This document shows positions 10,823 through 19,764 of a DNA stretch of 64,000 nt, in pieces. Every line of letters starts with the position of its first letter. Positions within the stretch are counted from its first letter, which is position 1. The DNA comes from an uncultured Chloroflexia bacterium (GTDB lineage Bacteria; Chloroflexota; Limnocylindria; Limnocylindrales; CSP1-4), in assembly GCA_963809215.1 (NCBI GenBank), contig CAWEIJ010000002.1:2019220-2083219 (forward strand), in the 5' to 3' direction. The notes beneath the pieces are model-generated. The model was not told where the DNA came from and did no database searches. It saw nothing but the letters and a program-made list of their open reading frames with translations. The position numbers were made by a program, and so were the translations under genes.

Positions 10823-11674
10823 CTAGCGACCCTCTCCCGTGGCGCCCGGCGTCATCTGCGCGAGGGCCCTGCCGACGAAGACGCGCACCATCCTGCGCCG
10901 GTACCAGTCCGTGGCGAGGGCATCCGTGAACGGCTCGCATCCCTCGGCTGCGGCGTCGGACGCGGCGCTGATCGCATCGGGCTCCATGCCCGTCCCGAGG
11001 AGCAGCCGTTCGGCCTCGCGGGCACGGATCGGATGCGGGCCGGCCGCGCCGAGCGCGATGCGCGCCTCGGCAACGCGGCCCTCCCGCCACTCGACGCGGG
11101 CCGCGACGGTCACGACGGCCGGCGTGCTGGCATGCTTGCGGCCCAGCTTCAGGAATGCCGCCGGCCCGCTCGGGACCGGGACGTCGACCTCGACGAGGAG
11201 CTCGTCGGCCGCCAGGGCATTGCTCATGAAGCCCGTCAGGAACTCGGCCAGGGGCAGGACGCGCTCGCCTCTCGTGCTGGCGAGGACCACGCTCGCGTCG
11301 AGGGCCAGCAGGGCGACCGCCACGTCGCCGCCAGGTGGCGGCGTGAACAGGTTGCCGCCGACGGTTCCCATGTTGCGGATCGCCCAGCTGGCGGTGTTCC
11401 GGGCCGCCTCGCGGAGCATCGGGACCGCGGCCTGGTCCAGGAGCCGGGTCAGCGTGACCGTGGCGCCGATGCGCAGCACGTCGCCGCTGCGCGCGATCCC
11501 GTCGAGGCCCGCGAGGCGCAGGCCCATCACCGCCTGGGGCAGCGAGATCCCGTCGTTGATGAGCGGCATGGCGACGGTCCCGCCCGCCATCACGAGGAGG
11601 TCCGGGCCATGTCGCTCGAGCAGCCCGAGCGCCTCCGGCAATGAGCGCGGCAAGAGATAGGTCCTGACGGTCAC
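10823..11674 (-). CDS. FAD-binding medium subunit (CoxM/XdhB type, CO dehydrogenase flavoprotein fold)
   Basis: LLVMAGGT and NMGTVGGNL motifs. 2-nt gap to the small-subunit gene. Confidence 0.85.
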   Translation of the reverse strand: MTVRTYLLPRSLPEALGLLERHGPDLLVMAGGTVAMPLINDGISLPQAVMGLRLAGLDGIARSGDVLRIGATVTLTRLLDQAAVPMLREAARNTASWAIRNMGTVGGNLFTPPPGGDVAVALLALDASVVLASTRGERVLPLAEFLTGFMSNALAADELLVEVDVPVPSGPAAFLKLGRKHASTPAVVTVAARVEWREGRVAEARIALGAAGPHPIRAREAERLLLGTGMEPDAISAASDAAAEGCEPFTDALATDWYRRRMVRVFVGRALAQMTPGATGEGR

Positions 11675-12165
11675 GCTGGAATCTCCCTCGTCGTTGTCCG
11701 CTGGTCGTCCGCACCGCCGGCCGAGCGCTCGGCAGCGAGTCGCGAGTCCAGGTTGCGCAGCCCCTGCCCGATCAGCGATCCGGCCAGGCCCTCCGCGAAG
11801 CGGGTGTCGAGCCGGGCAAGCGGTCCGCCGATCACGGCCTGGCCCTCGTAGTCGATCCGCGTTCCGGATCCTGCGTCGGCGAGCCTGAACGTGGCGCTCC
11901 CGGTGAGCGTCCCGAGCGTCCCGTCGAGCTCGCCCTCGAGCCGGCCGTAGGACGGCGCGTCCGCATCGACGAGGCGGACGATCGTCCGATACGTCCCGAC
12001 GACACCGGGGAGACGCAGCGAGATCTGGCCGCGGAACTCGGCGTCGCCGACCTTCTCGATCTCGCGACAGCCCGGGATCACCCCGAGGAGCGCGTCCGGA
12101 TCGCAGATCGCGGCGAAGACCGCGGCCCGGGGCGCATCCATGATGTAGCTGCCGCGTACGTTCAT
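11671..12165 (-). CDS. SRPBCC/CoxG-family protein (carbon monoxide dehydrogenase subunit G-like)
   Basis: ~160-aa SRPBCC pattern with an ATGA overlap onto the medium-subunit gene. Confidence 0.75.
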   Translation of the reverse strand: MNVRGSYIMDAPRAAVFAAICDPDALLGVIPGCREIEKVGDAEFRGQISLRLPGVVGTYRTIVRLVDADAPSYGRLEGELDGTLGTLTGSATFRLADAGSGTRIDYEGQAVIGGPLARLDTRFAEGLAGSLIGQGLRNLDSRLAAERSAGGADDQRTTTREIPA

Positions 12166-13031
12166 CGGCCCCGCCCTCCGACGTCGAGCGCCTGCTCGCC
12201 GCTCGTGCCGGAGGCCGAGCTGCCCGCTGCCGCGCCCGGGCCGGACGCGCCGGGATCGGGGCTCGTCATGGGATCGGGGCTGACCAGGGCGGCCGTGCCC
12301 GGGGTCCGGCCCAGGCCCTGCTCGACGTGGTCGAGATGTCCCAGCATCGCGCGCTCGGCCTCGCCCGGGTCGCGCCTCCGGAGCGCGTCGACGATCCGCC
12401 GGTGATCGCCCAGGGCGGCCTCCCGCACCTCGCGGAGCCCGCCCGTCTGCTCGCGGCTCACCTTGCCGAGCGTGCTGACGATGTTCATGAACTGCGAGAG
12501 CAGGAAGTTGCCCGCCGCGGCGCAGACCGCCTCGTGCAGGGAGATGTCCAGCTCGCTGAACCGGTCCGGGTCGTCGATCGCGCTCGCCAGCGAGGCCACC
12601 AGTGCGTCGAGCGCCGCGAGGTCGCCCTGCGTGATCCGGGACGCGGCGAGGCGGGCATTCCCGGCCTCGACGACGCGCCGGGCCTCGAGGAGCTGACCGA
12701 GAGCGACGCTGTCCTTCGCGAACACGAAGTCGAGGTGGGCGACCAGCTGCCTCGGCTCGAGGGACGTCACGTAGGTCCCGTCGCCCGGGCGGATGTCGAC
12801 GACGCGCATGAGCGACAGCGCCCGAAGTGCCTCGCGCACGACGGGCCGGCTGACGTCCATCATCCCCGCCAGGTTGCGCTCGGCGGGCAGCTTGGTCCCG
12901 GGTCGCAGCTGCTGATCCCTGATCAGCGTGAGCAGGCGGTTCGCGACCTCCTCCGGCAGCGTGCTCCGCGAGACGACCGTGAAGCGAGGCTCAAGTGTCG
13001 CGCCCGCGTCCACGCCCGTCGGGGCGTCCAC
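12162..13031 (-). CDS. GntR/FadR-family transcriptional regulator (wHTH plus FCD domain)
   Basis: LPEEVANRLLTLIRDQQLRPGTKLPAERNLAGMMDVSRPVVREALRAL HTH. The start is probably a GTG at VDAPTGVDAGATLEPRF, since upstream ORF-track sequence is non-coding. Confidence 0.8.
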   Translation of the reverse strand: MDAPTGVDAGATLEPRFTVVSRSTLPEEVANRLLTLIRDQQLRPGTKLPAERNLAGMMDVSRPVVREALRALSLMRVVDIRPGDGTYVTSLEPRQLVAHLDFVFAKDSVALGQLLEARRVVEAGNARLAASRITQGDLAALDALVASLASAIDDPDRFSELDISLHEAVCAAAGNFLLSQFMNIVSTLGKVSREQTGGLREVREAALGDHRRIVDALRRRDPGEAERAMLGHLDHVEQGLGRTPGTAALVSPDPMTSPDPGASGPGAAAGSSASGTSGEQALDVGGRGR

Positions 13032-13109
13032 GCCCGTCAATGCGGTGACGCGAGGCTCTTGTTGCAGCAATGCGGGCGCTCCCTGATCATCTTGTCTCGC
13101 GACATCGTA

Positions 13110-13150
13110 GAGTCTGCTGGTATAGTGGTCAACTGGTAAGACCAATTCGC
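13110..13150. promoter_or_regulatory. FadR-type operator candidate(s) in the AT-rich divergent region between the GntR regulator and the ABM/epimerase genes: CTGGTATAGTGGTCAACTGGTAAGACCAAT
   Basis: AACTGGTAAGACCA matches the t.GT-N-AC.a FadR-subfamily palindrome (TGGT..ACCA). Sits in a local AT-rich island of an otherwise ~70% GC sequence. Confidence 0.5.
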
Positions 13151-13196
13151 GGCCCCACTCCGCCAGCCGCCGCGCGTCCCCCAGGGAGGCCCCGCC

Positions 13197-13484
13197 ATGA
13201 TCGAGCGCCACATCACCTTCTCGGTCCTCCCCGACAGGACCGCCGCGTTCGAGCAGTTCATCGCCAGCGAGTACGGGCCGACCATGGCCAGGGCTCCGGG
13301 CTTCGTGAGGATCGAGCTGCTTCGCGAGGCAGACAGCCCGACCCGCTACCAGATGGTCTTCCGCTTCGTGGATGCCGCGAGCGCCGCCGCCTGGCGGACC
13401 TCGGAAGTCCACCAGGCCCTGCAGCCGGCGCTGCGGGAGCTTCACTCGGACATGCAGGTCCAGGGCTACGAGGTGGTCGCCTGA
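13197..13484 (+). CDS. antibiotic biosynthesis monooxygenase (ABM/Dabb) family protein
   Basis: 95-aa ferredoxin-like ABM pattern (HITFSVLPDRTAAFEQF...). Confidence 0.7.
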   Translation: MIERHITFSVLPDRTAAFEQFIASEYGPTMARAPGFVRIELLREADSPTRYQMVFRFVDAASAAAWRTSEVHQALQPALRELHSDMQVQGYEVVA

Positions 13485-13527
13485 GGGGGCCGGGGATCAC
13501 CGGCGGCGGCACGAGCGAGGGAACGCC

Positions 13528-14517
13528 ATGACCGACGAGCGCGTCCTCGTCACCGGCGGCACGGGCTGCATCGGTGCGTGGGTCGTCCGAAACCTCGTGC
13601 ATGAGCACGTCCCGGTCCTGGTCCTGACCTCGAGCGGGCGGGACGACCGCCTCAGGCTCATCCTGGACGACGCCGAGCGTGGCGCCATCAGCTTCGTGAC
13701 CGCCGACATCTCGGACATCGCGGCGCTCGAATCGGCGGCGGGACGGCACGGCGTCAACCGGATCATCCACCTGGCCGGGATGCAGTTCCCGTTCTGCGCG
13801 GCCGACCCGGTCAGGGGGGCCCAGGTGAACGTGGCAGGCACCGTCACGATCTTCGAGCTGGCCCGGCGCCTCGGCGTCGAGCGCGTCGTCTACGCGAGCA
13901 GCGCGGCCGTCTACGGACCGAAGAGCCACTACGAGGAGGCGGTCCTCGGCCCGGACGCGGATCTCTTCCCCACCTCGCACTACGGCGTCTACAAGGTCGC
14001 GAACGAGCAGTCCGCGCGGGTCTACTGGCAGAACGATGGGATCGCGAGCATCGGGCTGCGTCCGCATTCCGTGTACGGGCCGGGACGCGACCAGGGGATC
14101 ACCTCGAAGCCGACCGTCGCGATGATCGCGGCCGCGGCCGGGCGCCCGTACCACGTCAACTTCAACGGCAGGTACCAGTTCCAGTTCGCCGACGACGCGG
14201 CGAAGGCCTTCCTCCGTGCCGCCCGCGCCCCGTTCGCCGGGGCGGCCGTCTACAACCTCGGTGGGAGCGTCTTCAGCGTCGCCGAGATCGTCGACGCCAT
14301 CGAGACGGTCGAGCCCGCCGCCCGGGGCAGGATCACGTTCGACGATACGCCCCTGGCCCTTCCGGACGCCTTCGACGGCGGCCCCATGGTGGAGGCGCTC
14401 GGGGAATGGGCCGAGACGCCGCTCGAGGACGGGGTCCGCGCGACGCTCGAGTGCTACCGGGCCGCTTTCCGCGCCGGCCTGCTCGACGGCGCGTACCTCG
14501 ACCGCGTGCTGGCATGA
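13528..14517 (+). CDS. NAD-dependent epimerase/dehydratase (extended SDR) family protein
   Basis: VLVTGGTGCIGAWVV Rossmann motif and YGVYK catalytic motif. The real start is at MTDERV inside the longer ORF-track ORF. Confidence 0.85.
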   Translation: MTDERVLVTGGTGCIGAWVVRNLVHEHVPVLVLTSSGRDDRLRLILDDAERGAISFVTADISDIAALESAAGRHGVNRIIHLAGMQFPFCAADPVRGAQVNVAGTVTIFELARRLGVERVVYASSAAVYGPKSHYEEAVLGPDADLFPTSHYGVYKVANEQSARVYWQNDGIASIGLRPHSVYGPGRDQGITSKPTVAMIAAAAGRPYHVNFNGRYQFQFADDAAKAFLRAARAPFAGAAVYNLGGSVFSVAEIVDAIETVEPAARGRITFDDTPLALPDAFDGGPMVEALGEWAETPLEDGVRATLECYRAAFRAGLLDGAYLDRVLA

Positions 14518-14608
14518 TCGGACGTGAGGGTTCCACCACGGGTGGCCGGGGGTCGCCCGGGTCCGGCCCGCCGTCGCACCGCCGCGGCACGGAACCAGGC
14601 TCGATGAG

Positions 14609-15286
14609 ATGGACCTGACGGCCGCGCTGCACGCCGCGGGCGTCGTCCCGGTGATCACGCTCGCGCGGCCGGAGGACGGCGTGCCGGTCGCCGAGGCGCT
14701 CCTCGCCGGCGGGATCGCATGCGTCGAGATCACCTTCCGGTCCGACGCGGCCGTGGCGGCCATCCGGGCGATCCGCGCGCGCGTCCCGGCCATCCTTGTC
14801 GGCGCCGGGACGATCCTCACGACCGCGCAGGCCGACGACGCGATCGCCGCCGGCGCGTCCTTCCTCGTCGCGCCGGGCTTCAACCCGGCGGTCGTCGACC
14901 ACGTCCTCGGCCGGGACGTGCCGATGCTCCCGGGCGTCTGCACCCCGAGCGAGGTCGAGCAGGCGCTCGGGCGCGGCCTCCGGCTGGTCAAGCTCTTCCC
15001 CGCGGCCGCCATCGGCGGCGTCGGCTACATCCGCGCGCTCGCAGGCCCGTACCCGATGGTGCGCTTCGTGCCCACGGGCGGGATCAGGGCCGCCGACGTG
15101 GCGGCGTATCTCGCCGTCCCCCCGGTGGTCGCGGTCGGCGGAACGTGGCTCGCGACGCCCGAGGTCGTCGCCGCGCGGGCGTGGGAGACCATCCGGGGCC
15201 TCGCGGCCGATGCGGCCGCGAGCGTCCGCCAGGCGCGAGTGGACGCCAGCGGGCCCGGTCCGCGGGGCGGCCACCAGCCGGGCTGA
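14609..15286 (+). CDS. eda: KDPG/KHG aldolase (2-dehydro-3-deoxyphosphogluconate / 4-hydroxy-2-oxoglutarate aldolase)
   Basis: VVPVITL, GGIACVEITFRS and VGAGTIL, with the Lys motif VKLFPA. Confidence 0.8.
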   Translation: MDLTAALHAAGVVPVITLARPEDGVPVAEALLAGGIACVEITFRSDAAVAAIRAIRARVPAILVGAGTILTTAQADDAIAAGASFLVAPGFNPAVVDHVLGRDVPMLPGVCTPSEVEQALGRGLRLVKLFPAAAIGGVGYIRALAGPYPMVRFVPTGGIRAADVAAYLAVPPVVAVGGTWLATPEVVAARAWETIRGLAADAAASVRQARVDASGPGPRGGHQPG

Positions 15287-15415
15287 GTCCCGCCGGCGGG
15301 CAGGGCGACGTCGGGTTCGCGGAGATCGGCCACCCGGCACCTCGGGCACGGCTACGATCTCCCACGTGCCCGCGAGCCCCATCACGGCGCACGCGGAGCG
15401 ATCGGAGCAGCGCAG

Positions 15416-16273
15416 ATGGACGTGACGGTTCGCGAGGCCCGGCCCGACGACTGGCAGGAGTGCGGGCGGATCTGCTACGAGGCGTTCGCGACGCTCGCGG
15501 CGCGCCACGGCTTCCCGCCGGACTTCCCGACGGTCGCGGCGGCAGCCGAGCCGATCCGCTGGCTCATCAACCATCCGCGGATCTACGCCGTCGTCGCGGA
15601 GGGCAACGGCCGGATCCTGGGCAGCAACTTCCTCGATGAGCGATCGACCATCTCCGGGCTCGGGCCGATCAGCGTGGACCCGACCGCGCAGGACCACACC
15701 GTGGGGCGCGCCCTGATGACCGCCGTGCTCGATCGGGCCGTCGAGCGGCGCGCCCCGGGCGTCCGGCTCGTCCAGATCGCCTACCACAACCGGTCGCTCA
15801 GCCTCTACGCGAAGCTCGGCTTCGACGTTCGCGGCTCGTTTGCGGCGATGCACGGGACGCCCCTCGGGATCACGCTGCCGGGCTACGCCGTCCGGGCCGC
15901 CACGAGCGCCGACGAAGCCGCCTGCAACGCCCTGTGCGTGCGCGTGCACGGCCACGACCGGGCCGGCGAGGTCGGCGAGGCGATCGCGGCCGGCAACGCC
16001 CGGGTCGTGGAGCGTCTCGGGCACATCACCGGCTATACCACCGGGATCACGTACTTCACGCACTCCGTCGCGGAGACCACCGACGACCTCGAGGCGCTGA
16101 TCGGCGCGGCCACGGACTTCGGCACGCCAGGCTTCCTGGTCCCCCTCGCCAACGCGGCGCTCTTCCGCTGGAGCCTGGCGCATGGCCTGCGCGTCTTCTT
16201 CGTCGTGAACATGATGACGATCGGGATCTACCAGGAGCCCGCGGGCGCTTTCATGCCCTCCGTGGGCTACTGA
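15416..16273 (+). CDS. GNAT-family N-acetyltransferase (two-domain)
   Basis: GNAT motif pattern (RGRGIGRALM-like VGRALMTAVLDRA). Confidence 0.75.
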   Translation: MDVTVREARPDDWQECGRICYEAFATLAARHGFPPDFPTVAAAAEPIRWLINHPRIYAVVAEGNGRILGSNFLDERSTISGLGPISVDPTAQDHTVGRALMTAVLDRAVERRAPGVRLVQIAYHNRSLSLYAKLGFDVRGSFAAMHGTPLGITLPGYAVRAATSADEAACNALCVRVHGHDRAGEVGEAIAAGNARVVERLGHITGYTTGITYFTHSVAETTDDLEALIGAATDFGTPGFLVPLANAALFRWSLAHGLRVFFVVNMMTIGIYQEPAGAFMPSVGY

Positions 16274-16336
16274 GCGGCCGCGGCGGGCACTGACCCTCGG
16301 CCCCGGGAGCCCATCCGGGCGACCAGCCGCTCGGCG

Positions 16337-17764
16337 TCAGAACGAGACCAGCATCTGCCAGATGAAGGTCGCGCCGCCCGCATCGGCCGCCTCCCAGACG
16401 CGCCGGGCCAGCTCTTCGCTCCCCTCGATGGGTCCCGCCAGCTCGGCACGGCGCTCCTCCCACGAGACGCACACGCCTGGCTGGTGCCCGCTCGTCGCCG
16501 GCACGCCGTCGCTCCGCGTGATCGTCGCCGGCGCGACGCGCAGCGGCTCGGGAAGCACGTCCGGGTCGTCGTAGCTGCCGAACTCGCGCGTCGCCTCGAC
16601 CAGCGCCCGCATGTTCTCGGGGCGCGTGTCGTTCTGCATGATCGCGCTCGCGTCCATGATGTAGCCGCCGTCCCGCCCGATCGTCTCGATCAGCGTCCGG
16701 ACCTCGGCGCGGACCTGCTCGGGCGTGCCCATCGCCAGCGTCACGTTGCTGACGCCGCCGCTCAGCGCGAACTTGTCGTGCAGCTTCCGATGCGTCAGGA
16801 GCGGAGTGCCGCGGTCGATGTGGAACACGATGCTCCGGTCCGGCAGCTCGCGGAACGCGTCGAGATGGGCGTCCCAGTTGCCCTCCGCGTAGAACATGGT
16901 CTGGTGGCCGTTGCGCCAGAGCTCCTCGACCAGGGGCTTGACGGTCGGCCAGTAGTGGGACGCGAACTGGTCGGGCCGGACGAACGGGACGCAGCCGCGG
17001 TGCATCCAGTAGCCGATCGGGAGCTGGGATGACGGGTCGGCCGTGGCCGCGGCCAGCCAGTAGAGGTGCGGCATCAGTGCCTCGCAGGCCTTCAGGACCT
17101 TCTCCGGCTGCGTGAACATGTCCATCGTCAGCCCGACATAGCCGCGCAGCTTGTCCCCGATGATGTCGAACGGGGCCTTGAAGATCCCGGAGATCGCGCC
17201 CGGCATCCCGGCCTCGCTGCGCAGGCGCGCCACGTGCGGTCCGAACGCGTTGAAGTACTCGCTCATCGCCATCGCGGCCGACACGAGGGCCACGTTGTGG
17301 CGGAACGTCACGGGTTCCCCGGCCGCGGCGATGCGGCGTGTCGCGCGCGGCAGCCAGACCTCGTAGAGGAACGCGACGGGGTCGTCGATCAGCCGGTCGT
17401 ACTCGTCGTCGCGCATGAACGACGCGTCCTCGGGCGGCTCTCGGTACTGGAAGCCGTTGTCCGGGGGGACGTCCACGCCCGGCACGCCGTAGTAGGTCAC
17501 CGTGGCCGCGTCGGTGATGCCGGTCCAGACGTACACCATGCTCGCGGGGACCGCGTCCCAGTCGTAGTCCTCGCTGCAGCGGACCATCGCCTCGAACGCG
17601 TCGGGATAGTGCTGCGTCAGCTGCTGGCAGGTGAACCCGGCGTGGCGTCCCGTGAACTCCGCCGCGAACGGCCGGATCGGGACCTGGTCCGGCTTCCGGT
17701 TGTTCAGCGCCGTGACGAAGCGCCGAAGCCGGGCCTGGTAGAGCGCCTCCAGGTCCCGGCTCAT
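16337..17764 (-). CDS. uroporphyrinogen decarboxylase (URO-D)-like family protein, MtaA/CmuA-like TIM barrel
   Basis: URO-D-like pattern with a C-terminal GGYIMDASAIMQNDTRPENMRALVEA. Lies convergent with the GNAT gene. Confidence 0.65.
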   Translation of the reverse strand: MSRDLEALYQARLRRFVTALNNRKPDQVPIRPFAAEFTGRHAGFTCQQLTQHYPDAFEAMVRCSEDYDWDAVPASMVYVWTGITDAATVTYYGVPGVDVPPDNGFQYREPPEDASFMRDDEYDRLIDDPVAFLYEVWLPRATRRIAAAGEPVTFRHNVALVSAAMAMSEYFNAFGPHVARLRSEAGMPGAISGIFKAPFDIIGDKLRGYVGLTMDMFTQPEKVLKACEALMPHLYWLAAATADPSSQLPIGYWMHRGCVPFVRPDQFASHYWPTVKPLVEELWRNGHQTMFYAEGNWDAHLDAFRELPDRSIVFHIDRGTPLLTHRKLHDKFALSGGVSNVTLAMGTPEQVRAEVRTLIETIGRDGGYIMDASAIMQNDTRPENMRALVEATREFGSYDDPDVLPEPLRVAPATITRSDGVPATSGHQPGVCVSWEERRAELAGPIEGSEELARRVWEAADAGGATFIWQMLVSF

Positions 17765-17773
17765 CCAGGTCGC

Positions 17774-18762
17774 CTAGGACTCCGACGTGACACGCGTGTA
17801 GGCGGCCGCGACGATCACGATGATCGAGCCGAACACGACCTGGCGCGTCGGCTCGGGCAGCCCCAGGACCGTCAGGAGGGCGGTGAGCACCGTGAGGATG
17901 AGCGCACCGACGATCGTGCCGCCGAAGCCGCCGCGGCCGCCGAGGATCGAGGTCCCGCCGATCACCGCCGCCGCGACGGCAGGCAGCAGCGAGGTGTCCA
18001 CGAGCGACACGCTGGCCGTGTTCGTGAGGCCCGAGATGAGCAGGCCGGCGATGGCCGCCATGACGGCCGAGATCACGTACAGCACGATCAGGACCTGCCA
18101 GGACCGGGTTCCCGACAGCCGCGCGGCGACCGGGTTGTCGCCGATCGCGAACAGGAGCCGGCCGTACCCGGTTCTCCGCAGACCCAGCAGGATCAACACG
18201 GTGAGCGGAACGAAGACCAGGAGGCTGTAGGGGACCACCTGCCCCAGCGTGCTGCTGCCGACCCAGCGAAGCTGGTCCGGCACCCCGGCGCCCGTCTGCA
18301 CCATCTGCAGCTGCCAGACGTTCGAGAGGCCAAGGACGACGAAGCTCATCCCCAGGGTCATGATCAGCGGGTGCACGCGGAACACGCCGACGCCGATGCC
18401 GGTGAGCAGCCCCGCGAGGGCAGCGGCGGCGAGTGCCACGATGATCCCTTCGGCCACGCCGCCGGGGCTGTGCACGAGCGTGGCGGTGACGAACCCGGCC
18501 ATCGAGCCGATCGCGGCGACGGAGAGGTCGATCCCGCCGGTCAGCATCGTCAGCGTCTGGCAGCCGGCCAGGATCGCGAGCGGGATCGACGCCCGCACGA
18601 TGACCCCGGTCCACTCGGGGCTGACGATGCCCGGGTCCGCCAGCTCGATGACGACGACGAGGATCCCGAGCAGCCCCATCAGCGGGACGATCGGCCGGTC
18701 GCGGAAGAGGCGGCGCCAGCCGGCCGCCGTCAGCCATTCGTTCCCGCGAACGGACGCGTTCA
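17774..18762 (-). CDS. sugar ABC transporter permease (RbsC/AraH-type)
   Basis: Polytopic permease pattern. The start ATG overlaps the upstream permease stop (ATGA). Confidence 0.85.
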
Positions 18763-19764
18763 TCGGCTCGCCCGCCGGCTCTCGAGGACGCTGCCGAGAA
18801 TCAGGACCCCGATGAGGATCACGCCCTGGGCGACGAGCGCGAAGTTCGGGTCGAAGCTCAGGAACGTCATGTTGTTCTGGATGATCTGGAGGACCATGAC
18901 GGCCACGACCGGGCCGAACACCCCGCCCCGGCCGCCCGCGAGGCTGACACCGCCGAGAACGACGGCGGCGACGCTCTCGAGGGTGTAGGGCCCCGGGACC
19001 GGCGTGCCGATGCTCGTGCTCGCAGTGAGCGCCAGGCCGGCCACGGCCGCGAACAGGCCGGTCAGCGCGTACGCGACGATCTTGGTCCGGCCGATGGGGA
19101 CGCCACTGCGGAAGGCGGCCAGCTGGTTGCTGCCGACGGCGTAGAGCGAGAGGCCGACGCGCGACCTCGCGATCGGGATCCAGATGACCGCGACGATGAT
19201 CAGGAGAACGATCGCCGCCTTCGGGATCCACGGGTTGCCGAACGGTCCGATCACGAGGTCCATCAGCCACGGCGACGCCGCTCCGCCGGGGGCGGCCCGG
19301 ACCAGCAGCGCGAAGCCCGCCCAGACGAACGACATCGCGAGCGTCACGACGATGTCCGGCACCCGCGTGACGACGACGAGCGAGCCGTTGATCGCGCCGA
19401 GCACCAGGCCCAGGATGAGCACGCCGACGACGACGGCAAGGCCGGTCTCCGCGCTCTGACCCTCCATGAGCGTTGCGGCGATGACGCTCGTGAGCGCCAT
19501 CATCGAGCCGATCGAGAGGTCGATCCCGCCCGCGATGACGGCGACCGCCTGGGCAACCGCGGCAAAGCCCAGCGGCAGGATCGAGATCCCGAGCCCCTGG
19601 ATCCCCGCCACGCCGTAGCTCGGCTGGATGAGCTTCGTGAAGACCAGGAGGATGGCCAGGAGCCCGAGGAGCCCGATCGTCCACGTGCTCCGCTGCGCCC
19701 GTGAGCCGATCGCCCTCGCCCAGCGCGCGGACGGAGCTCCGGCCGGTGCGGTCACGGCGCTCAC
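18760..19764 (-). CDS. sugar ABC transporter permease (RbsC/AraH-type)
   Basis: GTG start overlapping the ATPase stop (GTGA); hydrophobic 8-10 TM pattern. Confidence 0.85.
   Translation of the reverse strand: MSAVTAPAGAPSARWARAIGSRAQRSTWTIGLLGLLAILLVFTKLIQPSYGVAGIQGLGISILPLGFAAVAQAVAVIAGGIDLSIGSMMALTSVIAATLMEGQSAETGLAVVVGVLILGLVLGAINGSLVVVTRVPDIVVTLAMSFVWAGFALLVRAAPGGAASPWLMDLVIGPFGNPWIPKAAIVLLIIVAVIWIPIARSRVGLSLYAVGSNQLAAFRSGVPIGRTKIVAYALTGLFAAVAGLALTASTSIGTPVPGPYTLESVAAVVLGGVSLAGGRGGVFGPVVAVMVLQIIQNNMTFLSFDPNFALVAQGVILIGVLILGSVLESRRASR

Noticed and set aside
7967-12165. Calling the cox-like operon a bona fide aerobic CO dehydrogenase
   Set aside because: The large subunit lacks the CODH active-site loop signatures. 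Only family-level (xanthine dehydrogenase/aldehyde oxidase) assignment is supported.
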